Shown: positions 1 through 11,081, numbered from the stretch's first letter. The stretch is DNA of 64,000 nt from the human T2T-CHM13v2.0 reference genome, Homo sapiens (GCF_009914755.1 NC_060930.1); one strand, 5' to 3'. The notes: generated by a model from the letters alone, not told the origin. Numbers and translations are program-made.

Positions 1-597
1 AATAACTCCAATAGCTGGTAAAATGTCCACATTTTTTCCCCCAAGTCCCCATATTAGATAGTATTCTGTTGCTGTTTTAGGAAACTATTTATTGTTATTT
101 TCACACATACACATACTCTGAATCTGTCTCTCTGTCTCTCTCTCTCTCTCTCATTTTCTCCCTCTCTCCACATATTTTTCCCTCTTCCCTTTCTTCATTT
201 TTTAAATGGCTAGCTGAGGATTAGGCAAAGGAAAATTCTTTGAATATTTTTATTATTGATTAGTAATAGTTTTAAGAGCTTAATACATGCTTGCCTTTTC
301 CCCTCTACTAAGTAGGAATAGTCCCTAAGTAGGAATAATCTCTTCTTTGGAAAGCAAATATAAAAGGATTGCTTCAGTTTTTTATCTTTGACTTCTTAGT
401 ATAACTAATCATTTAAAAATATATCTGAATATGAGGTAATCAATGAGAAGTTGAATAGAAATAAAAAATATGTTGATGGGACAAGCAACTAAGAGGGTTT
501 TAACTTACAGCAATTGATTATTTATGATGAAAATTGATAACCATTTCACAAACATTTTGAAATTATTCGTAGAAAAAAATGTTATTATTTAGAAGAT

Positions 598-887
598 ATA
601 TGAGTCAGAATTCTCCAAAGAAACTGAATGAGTAAAAAACACAGATAGATAGATGATAGATAAATAGATTTTTTTAAGTAAATTGGCTCGTGGTTTTTGG
701 GAGGATAGCATGTTTGAAATCTATAGGGCAGGCCTGCAGGCTGGAAACTGTTGGTAAGAAGTTGATGTTGCATGCTTTAGGTAGAATTTCTTCTTTTTCA
801 GGGAAACCTTAGTGTTTATTTTTCAGACTTTTCAACAGATGGGACAGGCCCACCTACTTTATGGAGAAGAGTCTTCTTTACTTAGCC
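598..887 (-). mobile_element. MLT2 (MLT2D-like, ERVL) LTR, first fragment
   Basis: Matches recalled MLT2 motifs 'gcaggctggaaact', 'agaatttcttct...cagggaaacct' and 'ggcccacc'; continues after the LTR8 insertion. Confidence 0.7.
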
Positions 888-1627
888 TGTAACTGCCCAG
901 TGCGTTCACCTTGCCCGCTGCCCAGACAGAGCCAAATTTATCAAGACAGGGGAATTGCGATAGAGAAAGAGTAATTCATGCAGAGCCGGCTGTGCAGGAG
1001 ACTGGAGTTTTATTATTACTCAAATCAGTCTCCCCGAGCATTCCATGAGTTTGTAAAGATAATTTGGTGGATGGGAGTGAGTCTGGGATAATTTGGTGGA
1101 TGGGAGTGAGTCTGGGATGGGAAAATTTGGTGGATGGGAGTGTGTCTGGGAGTGCTGATTGGTCAGGTCAGAGATGAAACCATAGGGAGTCAAAGCTGTT
1201 TTCTTGTGCTGAGTGAGTTTCTGGGTGGGAGCCACAAGATCAGATGAGCCAATGTATTGATTTGGGTGGTGTCAGCTGATCCATCAAGTGCAGAGTCTGC
1301 ATCGTACCTCAAGCAGCTTAGGAGCAGTTTAGAGAGGGTCAGAATCCTGTAGCCTCCAGCTGCATGACTCCTAAACCATAATTTCTAATCTTGTGGCTAA
1401 TTTATTAGTCCTACAAAAGCAGTCTAGTCCCCAGGCAAGAAGGAAATTTGTTTTGGGAAAGGGCTGTTACTGTTTTTGTTTTAAACTATAAACTAAGTTC
1501 CTAACAAAGTTAGTTCACCCTACACCCAGGAATGAACAAGGACAGTTTGGAGGTTAGAAGCAAGATGCAGTGGGTTAGTTCAGATCTTTTTTCACTGTGT
1601 AGTTACAATTTTGCAATCATGGTTTCA
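888..1627 (-). mobile_element. LTR8 solo LTR (ERV1)
   Basis: TG..CA termini (tgtaac at 888, ggtttca at 1627); diagnostic 'ggagttttattattactcaaatcagtctcccc', 'ctccagctgcatgactcctaaaccataatttctaatcttgtggctaa'; degenerate 4-bp TSD agcc/agtt. Confidence 0.85.
1058..1149. repeat. 29-bp minisatellite (~3 copies) inside LTR8
   Basis: gataatttggtggatgggagtgagtctgg at 1058-1086 and 1087-1115, variant third copy to 1149. Confidence 0.9.
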
Positions 1628-1745
1628 AGTTGACTGCAGATGCTAACCATATCAAGAAAATACCTTCACAGCAACACCTATAGTAGTGTTTGAATAACTG
1701 GCTACTCTAGCCTAGCCAAGATGACACATAAAACCAGCCATCAAA
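1628..1745 (-). mobile_element. MLT2 (MLT2D-like) LTR, second fragment
   Basis: 'aaaataccttcacagcaacaccta...tagcctagccaagatgacacataaaaccagccatca' is the MLT2 terminal segment. Confidence 0.75.
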
Positions 1746-1800
1746 CAAAGTATAAATTTAAAATTAGCCATGTAGATTTCTTTCTATTAGTCATAGGAAT

Positions 1801-1880
1801 TATAAATTCCCAAAATGAGATTAGCATAATAAATGCTTCTATAAGTTCCCCAAATGAGATTAGCATAAGTAAATGCTTCT
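1801..1880. repeat. ~39-bp tandem duplication
   Basis: tataaattcccaaaatgagattagcataataaatgcttc followed by tataagttccccaaatgagattagcataagtaaatgcttc. Confidence 0.9.
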
Positions 1881-2690
1881 TCAAAGAAGTCAACCACACA
1901 TTAATATTTTTGTTGTTCAATAACTGAAAAAAAATTTTTTTAATTAGTGAACTGGTTTAAGTCTTAGCACCATATCTGAAAAGACTTCTTGTGTCTCAGA
2001 AAATTTCCAACTTTTGACACTAAACTCCTTCCCTTTCTGGAAATAAAATGAGCAAGTGTCTCTTGCACATAATCTGAGTGAGAAGAAAGTTAAAAGTTGC
2101 ATAGTCCCTAAAGCACCCATGATTTTTTTCTTTTTATCTGCTGTGAATTATTCACTGGTAGAAAGCTTTGGTTTAATTTTAATCACAAACAGCTGTTTCA
2201 GGCAGATGCTCAGGGTTCAAAGACATTATGTACACAATTATAAAAATGTTCATTTTTAGAAAAGAGTGAAATAACATAGGTATAGGATGCCTAGGGTTTC
2301 AAATTACATCCTTTTATTTTATTTAAGAATCTATCTACCTAAAATAATTCCTCCCAGCAGCTAAGAAAACAACTCTGTTATTTCTGAAGGCCTGGAAAAG
2401 CCAGTGTCAGGTACCCCGGAGAGGCTGACTTTTGTCTTCTCTCCAGATATGCAAATTGTTTATCTCAGAGCAGGGATATTTACACAACCTCCAAACAAAT
2501 GCTGCTTATCTTTACCATTAGCTCTCTTAACAAGAATCACCCATAGGGGCTGACTCAATTACATCTTTCAAAGTAAATTCTTGGCTACTCGCCCTTCCAA
2601 TAGGCTGCCAAAAGATACTAGAAGGAATTTCTACCTTCTGCTAACATTTCTGAACCACTTAAAATCCAGCTGAGAATTCCAAGCACTTGC

Positions 2691-2739
2691 CCTCCTGGGA
2701 TGTGAATGTTTGTCCTCCTGAGATGTGAATGTTTGTCCT
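2691..2739. repeat. 23-bp tandem duplication
   Basis: cctcctg(g/a)gatgtgaatgtttgt twice. Confidence 0.9.
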
Positions 2740-3044
2740 GCCTAGCAGATGTGTTGTCACTTAGCTTCTATCATTTATTATGGCCTGATGGATTTGGTTA
2801 TTTCTGAAAAGGTGACTCAACACTTAAGTAACACAAGTAGAAAGGCAATATTTTTGCAATAGATTCTGTGCTTAAATTTAAATAAGTTCAGATATGCATT
2901 ATACAGTTTTGGTAAGCCAATAAACATTGGAACTTCTTTAATAATCTATTTTAGAAAAAAGTTAGTTCAACATTCTGGATGGGAAATAAAGCTACTTATA
3001 TTCTTCCAAAATGTTATATTAATGACCATTGATAAATGACCCAT

Positions 3045-3150
3045 GGCAAGGTCCTAGGCTGGGTGCTGCCACTGATGAGGTCTTAAAGAAGATATTTACT
3101 TCTCTGGGCCTCAATTTCTTTGTCTGCAAAATGGAGGTGAGGCTAAATCA
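3045..3150 (+). mobile_element. MIR fragment
   Basis: MIR core 'ttacttctctgggcctcaatttctttgtctgcaaaatgg'. Confidence 0.6.
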
Positions 3151-5034
3151 GCAGCTCCCAGACTTGTGATACTAGTGGATTAGTAAAATTAAAAGCAATT
3201 GACATAGAATGGATAACCTTTGTAAATTGTGCCAAATAAGAGCATTTTAAAATGCAAACTTCTACCACTGTTATCCTCATCATTTTATTAAGGAAGGATT
3301 TTGAATACTCAAAAGTAGAACAGTGTAATCTCAGAATAATACCAGCCTTTTAAATGAAATAAATTTAGATTTAAAAAACGACTACATTGTCCTCATTTAT
3401 CTTATTTATCTACAGACTTGTAAAAAATTAATAAAAACTGAGTACTTATCCTCCAGCAGTGTTTTGAAATCACAGGTTACAATGATCTCCACGATTTACT
3501 TTCTTTCTCACTCATAGCCCAAAATGCTAAATTGGATATTATAATCTTAGAATCTCATTGGTTACTTCTTTGTTTATTTTTTATTTATTTTCAATCCTTT
3601 TTCCACCACAGACACTCTTACTTACCTAAATTTCTATGTTAAGGGCATATTTATATTTCTACAGGTAAATCTACAGGTTTATAATAAGTCACTTATTTTC
3701 TTTATGTAATTGTATAAGTGCTAAATGATAATAGTTATCTACTGTTTGAGACCTTTATCATGTCATTATTGAGTGTATAAAATATAAGAAACATACTTCA
3801 AGAAGGACAGATGAGATTCTCTTCTGTAAATGTTGTGTCAGACATTGGAGAATGGCCTAACTTGTTTTCCCATATAGAGCTTTATTTCAAAAATCTATCT
3901 GATTTCTGGAGAAATTATTTGCTCTTTCTAAAACCATGTTACAGGCAAATAAAATCTAGTTTTAACACTTTTTTGAAATTAAGTTTTAGAGAAAAAATTT
4001 TTCACACTTCTTTGCCATCTTAAAAGAACAATGTGCGAACTTTAACTTTTTTTTTTTTTTGATAACTAAGATCATGGCTATAAATGCCAAATACTGTGAC
4101 TCTGGGCTTCACTAAGGTGAGCAGTGTGGTTTGTTCCTCTACTGAATGCCCTTACATGACTATACTATGCTACTATAATGAACATTCTATGTACTAGAAA
4201 CTGTATTATTTTGCAAGCATTATCTCATGAGATCTTTAAAATAAACATATTAGGACATGGACATCTTTGAGGTTCATGATTCTGCCTATCACAGTTACCC
4301 AGTTTTTTTTAATAAGGAGACCAGGTGAAATAATTTGCATAAACAAGAAGGTAGAAGAGTCAGACCTGAAAACAGACTTTCCATTCTTAGAGCCCATCTT
4401 ACTGACTACTAATTTTTCCCACAATTTTTATGGCTCTGTCTCTTCCCTCAATAATTTCTGTCTCATTCATTTCCTATTATTTTAACAATACCATGTCTAT
4501 GTACATACAAGTAATTTATAGCTTGTGATGCATAGCTAGCCCCACACCAGAAAATCAAGGCTATTAGAATTAATGTTGAAATAAGGAAAAGGCTTTGAAT
4601 CCTGGTAGGTTTCTCTGCAAATATAGTTTATTATTTGAATACTTGATTTCATGATATTGTATGTGTCTTCTTACAGACCTTCTTGCTTATTTTCAGATTC
4701 TCTTTCATTTGAGAACACCACACCCTTGATATGAAGCACTAAGTGATGTGGTACTGCATATGATATAAATTTAGTACCTATGTTATCTGCTTTATTGTCT
4801 ATTGTTTTATGTATCTTCTGTTTATCTAACCATAGTCTATAGCTATATTGCACTATATTATTTCTCCCATAAAGTGAAAGAGTATCAACTCCTTAGTAAG
4901 GTCCTTCCATTTCTTTCCTTATTCCTGCATGACATCAACATTTAACTTGTGGTATTCCCATACAAAAAGCAATGATAATCATGATAACTTAAAGCCATAC
5001 TATATTTTAAAATTCAACCTTAGTTAATAATGAC

Positions 5035-5420
5035 AGACATCGTGTTTTTTTGAAAAGAGATTCTGAGATGAAAATTTACCTGCAGATGGTTTACTAGTGA
5101 GTGCTCTTTGTAACAGCACTTTGAAGAGTGAGAGCAGTTTAAGCACAGAGAGTAGTTAAATTGAATGCAGTTGTCATGAGGCTTCAGCCAATACCACAGA
5201 AAGCTCTCAAAGTGAGATTGCATTTCAGAGATGCTCCAAATTGAGGCAGGAGGACTGGGTCTTTGCACTCCTGCCTTACGTAGTTATTGGATGAAGGCTT
5301 TCCTTGGAAGAAGGCACAGTCTTGAGTAGGACTCAGCTGAGAGCCATCAGCAGGCTACACTACCAACAGATGTGGGAACGACTGCCTTGACCCTTAAAGG
5401 GGACATGGCTCCCAGGGCAT
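5035..5420 (-). mobile_element. LTR16-family (ERVL) LTR
   Basis: 'ctctcaaagtgagattgcatttcagagatgctccaaattgaggcagg', 'gactcagctgagagccatcagcag' match recalled LTR16 antisense. Confidence 0.65.
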
Positions 5421-5479
5421 AGGTTTTGATAGACAAGAGCAATACTTTTAAAAGAAAGAGGGAAGCAAGACGGATACCC

Positions 5480-5833
5480 AATATATGATGCAGTTTCTAC
5501 AGAAGTTCCCAGACAATTCGAATTGAGGTAAGGGAATTTATGCCTTTATTGTTCAGTCAGTATCTAACAATCACTGGAAGTGAGCAACATCACTTTGGGT
5601 GAGTCAGCTCCCTTGAGTAGTTCACAATGCCTAGAAAAAGACTCAGTTGTGAGTCATCAGTAGGCAATGATCTTACTAGCTAAGGTAAGATCATTTTTGT
5701 CTGGAATAAGAACTCATGCTTACTGACCCAATGATATCTTTCAAGGTAAATTCTTGGCTATCTGCCCTTTCAGTAGACTACCCAAAAATATTAGAAAGAG
5801 CTTCTAACTTCTGTAACCACATTATCCATTACA
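5480..5833 (-). mobile_element. Second, partial LTR16-family LTR interrupted by a ~100-bp foreign block
   Basis: 'ctttgggtgagtcagctccctt', 'gactcagttgtgagtcatcag'; terminal 'cacattatccattaca' resumes after the block at ~5705-5813. Confidence 0.55.
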
Positions 5834-5884
5834 AATAAATATTGATTTATAGTCTAGAAATACTTAAACCTATTATCTTCTTCA

Positions 5885-7270
5885 GATTCAGTCATTTATT
5901 TATCTTGCATTCAGCAAATATTCTTAAAATAACTAACGAGTACTCATTAAGCATTGGGCTGGGTGATGGGAAATAGCAGTATATGTTACACCAAGACACA
6001 AAGACAAAATGAGGTCCTTCCTTCGCGGAAATTACATTTTTATAAGGAAAGCAGGCAATGAACTGCTATTAATTCACTTAGTTAATATTTTTATTAAGCC
6101 TCTATTATTTTAAAGATGCTTCTCTAAATTCTAGATACATCACAATGAATAAGACAGTGTGTCTGTACTCTCAAAGATCCAATGTATTAGTGGGAGAGAT
6201 GGAAATTATAAGTGACCAAGTAAAAGAATATAACACTTCCAAATAGTGATAAGTGCTATGGAGAAAACAACAATCAGTTGTAATGTAAAAATGCTATATA
6301 ATGCTAATGTAATGTAAAAATGCTATGGAGAAAATAACAAACAGTAATGTGATGGGAAATCAAAGGGATAGAGGATAGTTCAAGAAAGGAATGGCTAAGC
6401 AGGTGACACTTGAGATGAGACTTGAATGATGAGACCAAGCCTGCCATGTAAAGGCCAGAGGGAAATGTGCTCAAGCATAGGTGACAAGTGAATGTCCTGA
6501 GGGAAACAGGAAAACAGCTGACAGATGTATGGTTGGGCAGAGTGAGGAGAGGGGGTAGATGGTGATGTTAGTAGGCAGCCCTTGTAGGCCATGGGAAAAG
6601 TTTGACTCTTTTTCTAAGCGTTGGGAAACTACTGGAGGATTTTAAGTAGGTACAGACTAAACCTGACAAGTTTCGGGAAAAGGTTTTAATGAATACAATG
6701 AAAAAATCAGATATGCGAGGATGCATGTGGACGCAGGTGCTCCTGTCAGAGGGATACTGCAGTAGCCTAGTTAGCAATGTTGGTGATGGGATGGCATAAT
6801 AACGTTAGAGATGGAAATCAATGAACGTTTATGGAATAATTTTGGAGACAGAGGTGACTGGCTGATAGGCTGAGCACAGGGGGGAAAGAGAGGAATCAAG
6901 GATGATTCTATTTTCACTTGAGCCTACAACAGACAAATAAAAAAATGAGATAATAATAGAAGTGGTAAGTACTCTGAGGATGATGTGGTAGGGGGTGATG
7001 GGAGCAATATTACTCCACCTGGAGATAGTGTGGTCACAGAAGGATTTTTGTGAAGGTTGCATTTGAGCAGAGATCTGCGGCATGAGAAGGAGCTGGTCAT
7101 TGAAAAATCTGAGGTTGGAGTGAACAGTTGAAAGGGAAAAGTCCTGACACCAGGACAAGGAATTGGAATCAACAGTAGCCTATTATAACTGGAGCACAGT
7201 GAGAGAGGGGAAATATGCTGGGATACGGTTGCAAAGCAAAGCAAGAACCATAAAATAACTACTTAGGACT
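5885..7270 (-). mobile_element. L2 LINE fragments
   Basis: 'attcagtcatttattta..cattcagcaaatatt', 'gataagtgctatggagaaaa', 'ttgggaaactactggaggattttaagtagg' are typical antisense L2 3' region. Confidence 0.7.
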
Positions 7271-7559
7271 TTGTTCCTAAACCTGTATTTAAATCAGTAA
7301 ATTCATTGATTAGATAAAAAGCTCTGAGTGGAAACTGGAAGACGACCAGCATGGCTGGGGACTCAGTGAAGTTCTCAGAACTCCCAGTATTTGGCAGAGC
7401 TGATTTGTTTTAACACTTCTTATTTCCTAGGGCCACTTAGAGATCTTTTACTTGTGCTTAAAGATTCCATATGACCGAGTAAATAAAAAGTTCATTTGTG
7501 GCTTTTAGTTGTAAACTTAGAATTAATTTTTGGCAGATTTACTAACAATAATAATATAG

Positions 7560-7755
7560 AACACATGTAATGTTCAAAATACTTTCCATTTTCAACATTT
7601 TTTGTAAGACAATGCAAACGTTATTATCCTCATTTTATCAATGAGCTAAAGTGAGTCATGATGTAGTTTAGTGGACTTGGCCAAAATGAATTCCTAATTA
7701 ATGGAGGAATTAGGATTAGAATCCAGGTCCTTTGTTTCTTAGTCCAGATTCCCTG
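7560..7755 (-). mobile_element. MIR
   Basis: 'ttattatcctcattttatcaatgag...gacttggccaa...ggattagaatccaggtc'. Confidence 0.65.
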
Positions 7756-8158
7756 CTGACACACCCTTTTTTCTCTGTAAATGATGAATCATCACAAAAA
7801 TAATGTTTAGCAGAACACAATTTTGGACTCTTACTTGGTGTGAGCAAGACTACACAGAGAAGTTGCCGAAAACAGCTTTCTGCACAGCAGGGAATGCTTG
7901 AAGACAAAATGGGGAGGAAGAAGCAAACAGGAAAACTCACCAGAAAGTTAAAGGAGAATATTGTTTAAGCCTTTTTCTTCTACTTTTATTTCTAGTCTTT
8001 CCGTTTCCTGGAAAATGCCCGTTTTTCTAAGATTGAGAAAAAAAATTAAAATACTGGTCTCTCGCATACCTACTTTCCAACTAGGAAGTTGGTTCTTACA
8101 CTGTTTCTTTCTTTTTATAGTACTTCTTTCCATTTTAACCATATAGGGTGACTATAGA

Positions 8159-8173
8159 TGTGTGTGTGTGTGT

Positions 8174-8221
<48 letters not shown>
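8159..8221. repeat. (TG)n microsatellite, ~31 units with one interruption
   Basis: Direct read. Confidence 0.97.
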
Positions 8222-8223
<2 letters not shown>

Positions 8224-9014
8224 CACTTAGGTTTTAAGTATCTGGAGGGCAGAAATGTATCATTTAGGCATTTGGTTCATGTTACAGTACATTGTGTGAA
8301 TACTTGACAAGAGTTTTACCTGGCTAGGTGATTGAGCTTTTTTCTTTTAGGTAAGCAATTATAAAAGGACAGTTATTACTTATCATTGTTTCATTACCTA
8401 ATAAGTGCCTATCCAAAGAATATAGGCATCCTATCTGAAGGTGGGTCTCAATGTGTTCGAATGGGTGCATGTTTAAGTGGGCTGGAGAACTCACATTGAT
8501 CATAGGCTATGGCTGACTTGACAAAAAGGAGTATAGACCAAAGGCATGTGCCCAAAATAAAACTTCTTGTGAAATTATTCTTTAAAAAGCATTAGCTGGA
8601 AATTTGGTTGAATAAGTCTGCAATAACGGCATTAGATCTTTTTGTATTAACTGGCCCTTCAGTAGTAAATGTGTAAGACCCTTACTTTAAATTTATCCAG
8701 TGTCTTGAAAATGCATTATTGGGTTCATATAGAAAAACAACTTGACTTTTCTCAATAGTCTGTTTAAGTATATATAGATTCTTCTGTAGTATGAACTTTT
8801 GGGGCATATGTGGATAATTGTGAGATTCTCTTATGTTTTTAGTTTTTCCATCTGAAACAGAAAACCACAATCCTTCTTCACCTTGTCAGTTAACTGCTAC
8901 AATTAGATGAGCGAACCTAAAATCAATAATGGAAAAAAAAGAGATTACTCAGAAGATTTATTATCATAGGTAGAAAAGTTAGATGTGTCTTTACATTATT
9001 ATTTTTACTTTAAC

Positions 9015-9137
9015 AGTTTAAAATATTAATGATAACAGCATTATTAAGTAGTATGGGGCTATTTATTTTAACTATAGTTTAAAATATTAATGATAATAAT
9101 ATTATTAAGTAGTATGGGGCTACTTATTTTTAACTAT
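9015..9137. repeat. 61/62-bp tandem duplication
   Basis: agtttaaaatattaatgataa...ttattaagtagtatggggcta..ttattttaactat at 9015-9075 and 9076-9137. Confidence 0.9.
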
Positions 9138-10705
9138 CTCTTTGATGTGGTTGAAACAAACTCTAAGATGAAAGTAATTTCTTTGTTCTCCTCCCCAAAC
9201 TTTCCCATTTGATCACAGCTACTTACCTGAAACTCACTTACGGTTCCTATTGACAGTCCTGAAAAGATATGTTTGAAAATGTCTTCTTTGAGCAGTCCAA
9301 AGTTTCACATGCTGTATACCTCTGTGCTCTCTCTTTCTCTCTATTTAATGAGTGTTAAAAATCACAATTAATGTTTTGGTTGTTTCAAGACCATGAAAAA
9401 TATTCATCTATTAAGATGAACATTTTTCAGATACAGGTTCTTATCAAAGAGAAATAACATTTTTTTAAAGCTGAAAAATTGAATATAGATATATTGAGTA
9501 ACAAGAAAGAAGCAAACACTTCTTTGCTTACCTCTCTCTGTTACATCATGTGAGCATTATACATGCACTTGTACTACTTTACCCTTCCCTGCTTTGAAAA
9601 TTAAAATAGTTTGCATAAATCATTTTTGGCAAATAACTACCATAAAATATACTTTATATAAAGTATGAGCTTCAATACACTGTGGTGACACTCCAGGAAA
9701 CACTTTGGAACCTCTCTAAGAAGATTTTCAGAAGTTGAGAGGGATTTGTTTCAGGCATGACATAAAATATAAAAATTGAATTTCTTGCACAAACTTAAAA
9801 CCAAAACATCATATAACCTCTCTGTGTTTTGGACCTATCATGTCTGTCTATTTGGATAAAAACTATTGGATGCACATTTTTTGGTGAGCTGTCAACAGTG
9901 AAGCATGAAAACAGATGTGTTTCTGCTATTTTCATTATTAGGGAAATAAAAGCAGCTGTGCTGGGCTGGTGTGCGAAGGAGGCTCTCAGTGAGGCCTTCA
10001 CACTCAAGAAGCTGGAAAACCTGGCAGTGTGGACCACTGGGGAGAAATTCTGGGCATTGCTGAGGATTTCATTCCTTTCTGGAGTTGTTGGTTGTTTTTC
10101 TGATATCAAAGCTCTATGTGAGAATATATGCTAAAGCTAGATAAAGTCATTATGGCTTTAATTTGCATATGGCAATATGAAAGACTATTTTAGAACTGCA
10201 CTTTTTCGGAATCTGAGACTCTGTCACTTTAACAAGTGAATGTTGCTTATTATATTTGTGTTGGGGGATGGTCAGTGAGAGGTACAAACTGATGAAACTG
10301 CTTTGATATAGTTCTGCTAAGACTATCTAGACAAAGAGGACCAAATATGTGTTTTCTAGACACAATACACACAATGGGGAAAAAAATCCAGCGTATTTGG
10401 TGAAAGAAAAATAAATCAAAGTATAAAAACAGTCTTCTTTTATGCAATTACAGAACTGACAATAACCAGATGCTAGGGTTTTTTGTTTTTTTTTTTTTTT
10501 TTTTTTGCATCAAATTGGTCTTCTTTGTGCGGAGGGGCTATTTTGGGTCCAGTTTGGAAAATCTGTCACAGAAGTTTACTTGTCTCAAGCTTTTGCTTCC
10601 TTCTGTAGGTGTCTGGTGTTTGTGTTTGTATGTGGAAAGAGGAATGGGGAGGAGGATTTTGTGTGTGCATCTGCATGTGTGTGCGTAAGGCTACTTATAT
10701 ATGTG

Positions 10706-11081
10706 CGTATTAGGTCCATTTTCATGCTGCTAATAACAACATACCTGACATTGGGTAATTTATAAAAGAAAGAGGTTTAATTGACTCACACTTCTTCATG
10801 GCTGGGGAGATCTCGGGAAACTTGCAATCACGGTGGAAGGGGAAGCAAACATATCCTTCTTCACATGGCCGCAGCAAGAAGAAGTGCCGAGCAAAAGGGG
10901 AAAATCCCCTTATAAAACCATCAGATCTCATGAGAACTCACTCACTATCATGAGAACAGCATGAGGGTAACTGCCCCCATGATTCAATTACCTCCCATCA
11001 CGTCCCTCCCAAGACACGTGGGGATTATGGAAACTACAATTCAAGATGAGATTTGGGTGGGGACACAGCCAAACAATATCA
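10706..11081 (-). mobile_element. THE1D-like solo LTR (ERVL-MaLR)
   Basis: 'gggtaatttataaaagaaagaggtttaattgactcac', 'ggaagcaaacatatccttcttcacatgg', ends 'ggggacacagccaaacaatatca'; perfect 5-bp TSD ATGTG at 10701-10705 and 11082-11086. Confidence 0.9.

Noticed and set aside
9795-10134. Overlapping ~100-aa ORFs on both strands in unique sequence
   Set aside because: Non-ATG starts, no recognisable domain; length within chance range
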